This document shows, piece by piece, positions 31,416 through 36,522 of a stretch of DNA of 36,522 bases. Origin of the DNA: a virus; the UHGV virus genome UHGV-0118448; one strand, written 5' to 3'. Position numbers and translations under genes: made by a program. The notes beneath the pieces were generated by a model. It was not told the origin of the DNA. It worked only from the letters and a program-made list of their open reading frames with translations, and did not search any database. Every line of letters begins with the position of its first letter. The stretch's first letter is position 1.

Positions 31416-32123
31416 ATGGATTTGAATAAATTCGATGAGCCATTCAGCCACGAAGATATCGAATGGCGAATACAGCAAAGCGGTAAAACACGCGATGGCA
31501 AGGTGTGGGCTATGGTGCTGGCTTATGTCACGAACCGGGCAATCATGAAACGCCTGGATGATGTTTGCGGCAAAGCAGGATGGCGCAATGAATACCGCGA
31601 TATTCCCAACAACGGCGGAGTTGAATGCGGCATATCAATCAAGATTGATTCCGAATGGGTAACCAAATGGGATGCTGCTGAAAACACGCAGGTAGAAGCC
31701 GTCAAAGGTGGTCGTTCCGGTGCAATGAAGCGTGCTGCCGTTCAGTGGGGAATCGGTCGGTATCTGTATAACCTTGAGGAAGGTTTCGCACAAACATCTC
31801 TCGACAAAAAGCAGGGATGGCACAGGGCAAAACTCAAGGATGGAACAGGATTTTACTGGCTCCCTCCATCGCTGCCGGGCTGGGCAATCCCAGCATCAGA
31901 TAACAAACCATCACCAGAAAATACCAACCAGAAATCTCCATCGGTTGACTGCGAACAAATCCTGAAAGACTTCAGCGATTATGCAGCGACAGAAACTGAC
32001 AAGAAAAAACTCATCGAGCGTTATCAGCATGACTGGCAATTAATGGCTGGAAACGAGGAGGCGCAGGCTAAATGCGTTCAGGTAATGAACATCAGAGTTA
32101 ACGAGCTAAAACAGGCGGCATAA
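31416..32123 (+). CDS. Single-strand annealing protein: Rad52-like (Sak/DUF1071-type) N-terminus with Erf-type C-terminal tail
   Basis: N-terminal FSHEDIEWRIQQSGKTRDGKVWAMVLAYV; C-terminal FSDYAATETDKKKLIERYQHDWQLMAGNEEAQAKCVQVMNIRVNELKQAA matches the P22 Erf C-terminus as recalled. Confidence 0.75.
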   Translation: MDLNKFDEPFSHEDIEWRIQQSGKTRDGKVWAMVLAYVTNRAIMKRLDDVCGKAGWRNEYRDIPNNGGVECGISIKIDSEWVTKWDAAENTQVEAVKGGRSGAMKRAAVQWGIGRYLYNLEEGFAQTSLDKKQGWHRAKLKDGTGFYWLPPSLPGWAIPASDNKPSPENTNQKSPSVDCEQILKDFSDYAATETDKKKLIERYQHDWQLMAGNEEAQAKCVQVMNIRVNELKQAA

Positions 32124-32639
32124 ATGGCAAGCAGAGGCGTAAATAAGGTGATCATTATTGGTCGCCTTGGGCATGATCCAGAAATCAGATATTCACCATC
32201 AGGAACGGCATTTGCAAACCTTACAGTTGCTACGTCAGAACAATGGCGTGATAAGCAAACTGGAGAGCAAAAGGAGCAGACGGAGTGGCACCGCGTGGTA
32301 ATGAGCGGGAAACTGGCAGAAATTGCCAGCGAATATCTGCGAAAAGGCTCTGAGGTTTATCTTGAAGGAAAATTGCGGACAAGAAAATGGCAGGATCAAA
32401 GCGGACAGGATCGGTTCACTACCGAAGTCATAGTGGGCGTTGGTGGAACCATGCAAATGCTTGGTGGCAAGCAAGGAGGCAATGAACAGTCTTCACCTCA
32501 GCGAAATGACGGTCAGCAACAAAGACAACAACCTCAGCAGCAAGGGAATCACAGCGAACCACCTATGGATTTTGACGACGATATCCCCTTTGCACCAGTA
32601 ACTCTCCCTTTCCCTCGTCACGCTATTCACGCAATTTAA
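32124..32639 (+). CDS. ssb: Single-stranded DNA-binding protein with 15-aa extension after the DDDIPF tip
   Basis: OB-fold N-terminus [59 protein letters not shown]; Gly/Gln-rich linker; MDFDDDIPF followed by [15 protein letters not shown]. Confidence 0.9.
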   Translation: MASRGVNKVIIIGRLGHDPEIRYSPSGTAFANLTVATSEQWRDKQTGEQKEQTEWHRVVMSGKLAEIASEYLRKGSEVYLEGKLRTRKWQDQSGQDRFTTEVIVGVGGTMQMLGGKQGGNEQSSPQRNDGQQQRQQPQQQGNHSEPPMDFDDDIPFAPVTLPFPRHAIHAI

Positions 32640-32647
32640 GGACTTAC

Positions 32648-33196
32648 ATGAATCACTTGATGGTTGACCTTGAAACAATGGGCAACGGGCCATACGCGCC
32701 AGTTATTTCTGTTGGGGCGGTATTCTTTGACCCGAATACCGGAGAAACAGGAGAAGAGTTCTCGGTAAATATCTCGCTTGAGTCATCAATGCGATATCGG
32801 GCGCGTCCTGACGCTTCAACGATTTTATGGTGGCTGGAACAGAGTGAAGAAGCCAGAAAATCGCTAACCAGCAACACTCAAGAGCTTTCAACGGCTCTTT
32901 CATGGTTATCTGAATTCATTATAAAGAACGCCAACCACAAACTCGTTCAGGTTTGGGGGAATGGAGCATCATTTGACTGCGTTATTCTCCGCAACAGTTA
33001 TTCGCTGACAGGGCAGCCAGTTCCGTGGCAGTGGTGGAATGACCGCGACGTAAGAACAATCGTCGAACTTGGGAAGGTAATAGGATTCGATCCTAAGCGA
33101 GATATGCCATTCAAAGGAACTCGCCACAACGCGCTTGATGATGCCATCCACCAAGCCAAATACGTTTCAGCGATCTGGAAAAAGTTAGCTAAATAA
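32648..33196 (+). CDS. DnaQ-like (DEDDh) 3'-5' exonuclease
   Basis: MVDLETMGNGPYAPVISVGAVFFD exo I motif; C-terminal HNALDDA exo III-like motif. Confidence 0.75.
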   Translation: MNHLMVDLETMGNGPYAPVISVGAVFFDPNTGETGEEFSVNISLESSMRYRARPDASTILWWLEQSEEARKSLTSNTQELSTALSWLSEFIIKNANHKLVQVWGNGASFDCVILRNSYSLTGQPVPWQWWNDRDVRTIVELGKVIGFDPKRDMPFKGTRHNALDDAIHQAKYVSAIWKKLAK

Positions 33197-33212
33197 TCAA
33201 CAGGAGAAAACC

Positions 33213-33509
33213 ATGCCAGCGCCTCTGTATGGTGCGGATGACCCGCGCCGCTGTTCCGGCAATTCCGTATCGGAGGTGCTGGATAAATTCAGAAAAAACT
33301 ACGATCGAATAATGTCTCTACAACAGGAAACGAAAGAGGAAAAGGAATTTCGCCACTGTATATGGCTTGCAGAGAAAGAAGAACGAGAGCGAATTTACCA
33401 GACATCAATCCGACCATTCCGCAAAGCCACATATACCCACTTCCCTGAATATATCGACCCGCGCCTGCGTAATTACCGCTCACGCTATGGCGCTATCAGT
33501 AATGACTGA
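33213..33509 (+). CDS. Hypothetical protein
   Basis: 98-aa ORF with AGGAG Shine-Dalgarno in early-left operon. Confidence 0.5.
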   Translation: MPAPLYGADDPRRCSGNSVSEVLDKFRKNYDRIMSLQQETKEEKEFRHCIWLAEKEERERIYQTSIRPFRKATYTHFPEYIDPRLRNYRSRYGAISND

Positions 33510-33519
33510 GGAATTAACA

Positions 33520-33810
33520 ATGAAAACAATGAAGCTAAACATCGACCTCGGAAAATACGTTATTACCGGAACCAAACACGATCTGATTCTTAGCGAAAGA
33601 GGAATTATCAAAGAAGGCGAGAATGCAGGGAAAGAAACACTAAGCCGTATCGGTTATTACAGCAAGTTTGAGCATCTGGTTAAAGAGTTATGCAACCGTG
33701 AAATTCTGTTATCTCAGGCACGGACGCTACAGGATATTCAGCAGCATATCGAAGCTTTAGGTATGTCACTTAGCATGGCTATTGACCAGTTCGTGGAGAG
33801 TAAATCATGA
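33520..33810 (+). CDS. Hypothetical protein (start [11 protein letters not shown])
   Basis: GAGGA Shine-Dalgarno 8 nt upstream; in-frame with longer ORF-track call. Confidence 0.5.
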   Translation: MKTMKLNIDLGKYVITGTKHDLILSERGIIKEGENAGKETLSRIGYYSKFEHLVKELCNREILLSQARTLQDIQQHIEALGMSLSMAIDQFVESKS

Positions 33811-33974
33811 GAGGACTTGCATACAATCCCGGCATTCTTCCGGCAGAAATGATTATTCGCCAACGCGTAAAGCCAATGCCATCGAGAGAGGAATTACTTA
33901 AGAGAAATTCTTTTCCATCAGTGAATGAAAACAAATATCTGAATGCGATGTGGCGCAAAGGAGGCAGCCAGTGA
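33807..33974 (+). CDS. Hypothetical small protein (55 aa, ATGA-coupled)
   Basis: Hand translation [55 protein letters not shown]. Confidence 0.3.
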   Translation: MRGLAYNPGILPAEMIIRQRVKPMPSREELLKRNSFPSVNENKYLNAMWRKGGSQ

Positions 33975-34615
33975 CTAACCGTTTTTACATGATGTGCTCG
34001 CGTGAAACTGTGGGCAATAACGCTTCATTCCATTGCCATAACGGCAATGGTTACAGTTCTGATATCGATCGCGCTCATGTTTACACGCTGGAAGAAGCCC
34101 AAAAAGCCTGGAATTGTGGGCGAGATATCGATCAGCCTGTTTGCGCTGATAGCGTGGATGCAATGGCAGTGTGGCACGTTGATTGCCAGTACATCCCTAC
34201 AGAAAGCCTGATTGAGTCAGATTGCACTGCGTATGTGGCCTACAAAAAAGGTAGCTGGAACGGCAACGATGTTTACTGGCTTCAACACGGTGGATTGCCA
34301 ACAGATGACTTCAGTAAAGCGACCATCTTTAGCGTCGCCAACAAAAACGAACCAGGAATAGTTTGGTTGCCATTTTCCATTGCTGATGCAGCAAAGCGCA
34401 GGACGTTCAATATCAATAACTTTAACCGCAGAACAATGGTTCAGGGCGCAGGTTTGGTCATGCCTGACTGGTTGAAAGAGCAGAACAGAAGAAAGAAGTC
34501 GCGAAGCGGGAAGGTGCGTTGGAATTGTCCGCATTGCGGAAAAATCTCCTGGCAGTACAGCCCATATGATTTTGAAGGCTGTAGTGATTACAACTGTGAA
34601 GGATGGCGAGAATGA
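33971..34615 (+). CDS. Cys-rich hypothetical protein with C-terminal zinc-ribbon-like CPHCG motif
   Basis: Probable GTG start after AGGAGG; multiple Cys/His pairs (CHNGNGY, CPHCGK, CEGW). Confidence 0.5.
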   Translation: MTNRFYMMCSRETVGNNASFHCHNGNGYSSDIDRAHVYTLEEAQKAWNCGRDIDQPVCADSVDAMAVWHVDCQYIPTESLIESDCTAYVAYKKGSWNGNDVYWLQHGGLPTDDFSKATIFSVANKNEPGIVWLPFSIADAAKRRTFNINNFNRRTMVQGAGLVMPDWLKEQNRRKKSRSGKVRWNCPHCGKISWQYSPYDFEGCSDYNCEGWRE

Positions 34616-35208
34616 CAATTGACTATCAGGCACTGCGTGATGCGGCAGAAGCAATAAAAATAGCAGCCACACCACAAAAATTGCTGGCATTTCGTATGAA
34701 GGTCACACCTCAGGTTGTGCTGGCACTACTGGATGAACGGGAAAGGAACCAGCAATACATCAAATCCCGCGACCAGGAGAACGAGGAAATTGCGCTAACG
34801 GTAGGGAAGCTGCGCGTTGAGCTGGAAGGCAAAGACAGCAAAATAGCCAATCTTACCGCCGAACGCGATGCTCTTCGTGAAGGTGAGATGGGCGACGCTA
34901 GGCATAGCAACACACGGGCCGCAGCTGATATCTACTTCCAACTGGTCGAGGAGTGCGAAATTCCTGATGGCGGATCTCTGGTCGAGTACGTTGACGATAT
35001 GCGCGAGAAGCTGGAAGCCGCAGAGAAGCGCATTGCTGAGCTGGAGTTGCGGGAGGTTGTGCTTCCGCAATGCTATAGCATGTTGCATCGCGTCGATTTT
35101 GACGAGCCTTACCACACTGAAATGGTTTACAGGCAGCATCAGGTTCTTGAGGCACTGCACAACGCTGGAATAAACGTCACCGAAGCATGTAAAGGAGAGG
35201 CATCATGA
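34612..35208 (+). CDS. Ea22-like coiled-coil protein
   Basis: ATGA-coupled start [16 protein letters not shown]; heptad-rich middle; typical position of Ead/Ea22 genes. Confidence 0.5.
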   Translation: MTIDYQALRDAAEAIKIAATPQKLLAFRMKVTPQVVLALLDERERNQQYIKSRDQENEEIALTVGKLRVELEGKDSKIANLTAERDALREGEMGDARHSNTRAAADIYFQLVEECEIPDGGSLVEYVDDMREKLEAAEKRIAELELREVVLPQCYSMLHRVDFDEPYHTEMVYRQHQVLEALHNAGINVTEACKGEAS

Positions 35209-35864
35209 GCACTATCACAAGAGAATGGCTGCAGCAGGCTATCAACGATTATGAAAGCGTTCGTGATGAGCTTCCTTTCGGGCTTGATGATTACCAGGGG
35301 AATATCCTGGCTGCCCTGCGTATTGCACTGGCATCGCTGGAAGCAGAGCCTATTGGCGCATTCCACATTGCAGAACAGCAAGTTGACGGCACAAGTGACT
35401 ACATCAAGGATGGGGAATGGCCTATTGATAATGGGATTATTGAAGTCTACGCCGCTCCGCCAGTACCGGTAGTACCTGCTGCATTACCTGAGAACGACGA
35501 TGAGGATGGGCATGACATTGATTATCTTGAGCCATCTGAAGTTTACGCGCTTGGGCGAACAGCTGGCTGGAACGCCTGCCGCGCCGCCATGCTTCAGGGT
35601 AAATCCGAACAACCACAAAACGCACAACAAAATATTCCGGAAAATATTCCCGGTGGCAACTCTCCGGTAACTCCTGATGGTTGGATAAGCTGTAGTGATC
35701 GAATGCCAAACGAAGAAGATGTTTTGGTTTATTGCTCAGACACTAAAGAGCAGATGGTAGGGTTTCACAAAGGTAAAGGGTTATTTCAATTCTTTTACAT
35801 GAATGGTGTTGAGGGGGTATGTGAGCCGTCACACTGGATGCCGCTACCAGAGCCTCCACTTTGA
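35205..35864 (+). CDS. Hypothetical phage protein with DUF551-like C-terminus
   Basis: C-terminal DRMPNEEDVLVYCSD...FYMNGVEGVCEPSHWMPLPEPP resembles DUF551. Confidence 0.5.
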   Translation: MSTITREWLQQAINDYESVRDELPFGLDDYQGNILAALRIALASLEAEPIGAFHIAEQQVDGTSDYIKDGEWPIDNGIIEVYAAPPVPVVPAALPENDDEDGHDIDYLEPSEVYALGRTAGWNACRAAMLQGKSEQPQNAQQNIPENIPGGNSPVTPDGWISCSDRMPNEEDVLVYCSDTKEQMVGFHKGKGLFQFFYMNGVEGVCEPSHWMPLPEPPL

Positions 35865-35960
35865 AAGCGAAGCTTATACATATCTTTTACATCAGCAATC
35901 TATTGTTAATCTCCAATCAATGTTACGTTGTCATCTCACTCATGCTTTGGAGGTAGTGAT

Positions 35961-36140
35961 ATGTCTTGTCCAAAATGCGGTTCTGGAAATATTGCAAAAG
36001 AAAAAACAATGCGTGGATGGTCTGGAGATTATGTGTGCTGCGATTGCGGATACAACGACTCTAAAGACGCATTTGGAGAGCGTGGTAAAAACGAGTTTGT
36101 TAAAATTAATAAAGAAAGCGAAGGCAACGAAAAAAGCTAA
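35961..36140 (+). CDS. Small zinc-ribbon protein (start MSCPKCGSGN)
   Basis: GGAGG Shine-Dalgarno; CPKCG ... CCDCG motifs. Confidence 0.45.
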   Translation: MSCPKCGSGNIAKEKTMRGWSGDYVCCDCGYNDSKDAFGERGKNEFVKINKESEGNEKS

Positions 36141-36204
36141 TTTATTTATTCATATATGAAAACAATGTAACCAATATTCGAATTGAAGAACTGAAAGAAC
36201 ACCA

Positions 36205-36229
36205 AGCCGCCTGATGGCGGTTTTTTATT
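36205..36229 (+). terminator. Intrinsic terminator upstream of xis
   Basis: agccgcc-tgat-ggcgg followed by ttttttatt. Confidence 0.7.
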
Positions 36230-36271
36230 GCCTGATTTGCAGGTTCGATTCCCTATTCGGAGATAGCACTC

Positions 36272-36472
36272 ATGCAACACGAACTACAACCTGATTCACT
36301 GGTTGATTTGAAATTCATCATGGCTGATACTGGCTTCGGTAAGACCTTCATCTATGACCGGATTAAGTCCGGCGACCTGCCAAAAGCCAAAGTTATCCAC
36401 GGGCGAGCAAGATGGTTATATCGTGACCATTGTGAATTCAAAAATAAGCTCTTAAGCCGCGCCAATGGGTAA
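36272..36472 (+). CDS. xis: Excisionase / AlpA-family DNA-binding protein
   Basis: 66 aa, MADTGFGKTFIYDRIKSGDLPKAKVIHGRARW winged-helix pattern of AlpA/Xis family. Confidence 0.8.
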   Translation: MQHELQPDSLVDLKFIMADTGFGKTFIYDRIKSGDLPKAKVIHGRARWLYRDHCEFKNKLLSRANG

Positions 36473-36522
36473 AATAGCGGGTAAAATATTTTTCACATCT
36501 AAAAAACACCATTCCAATCAAT

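Noticed and set aside
36237-36252. Intact tRNA gene upstream of xis
   Set aside because: Only the T-arm-like 16-mer is present; flanks cannot form acceptor, D or anticodon stems, so it is at most an att-related fragment.

Overview
The window is essentially one mosaic lambdoid temperate phage or prophage of an enterobacterial (E. coli-like) host. All calls come from reading the translations and DNA by eye and from recalled protein families; no searches were run. Layout, left to right: tyrosine integrase (+), a short intergenic region, then a minus-strand late operon with P22-like morphogenesis genes (tailspike, ejection proteins gp16/20/7, gp14, tail needle gp26, gp10, gp4, coat gp5, scaffold gp8, portal gp1, TerL, TerS), Rha and an ORF80-like gene, a lambda-like lysis cassette (S, R, Rz with embedded Rz1), the lambda late regulatory region (pR', tR') and Q, a nin region (NinB/E/X/F/G/H/I), a DnaB-like helicase and an O-like initiator with ori iterons in its coding sequence, then cII, cro, a divergent cI with a non-lambda operator set, and a plus-strand early-left operon (lambda-type nutL, N, Ral, CIII, a Rad52-like annealing protein, SSB, DnaQ-like exonuclease, Ea-type accessory genes, Xis). 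The P22 immI/sieA/gtr accessory slots are empty. The best candidates for something undescribed are a small membrane protein co-transcribed with cI in the rexAB slot, an AT-rich two-gene insertion between ral and cIII, and a tailspike whose receptor-binding part looks like a carbohydrate esterase. Xis at the right end and Int at the left end, with a shared GGGTAAAA motif at both ends, suggest the window is a circularly permuted complete genome, but that is inference.
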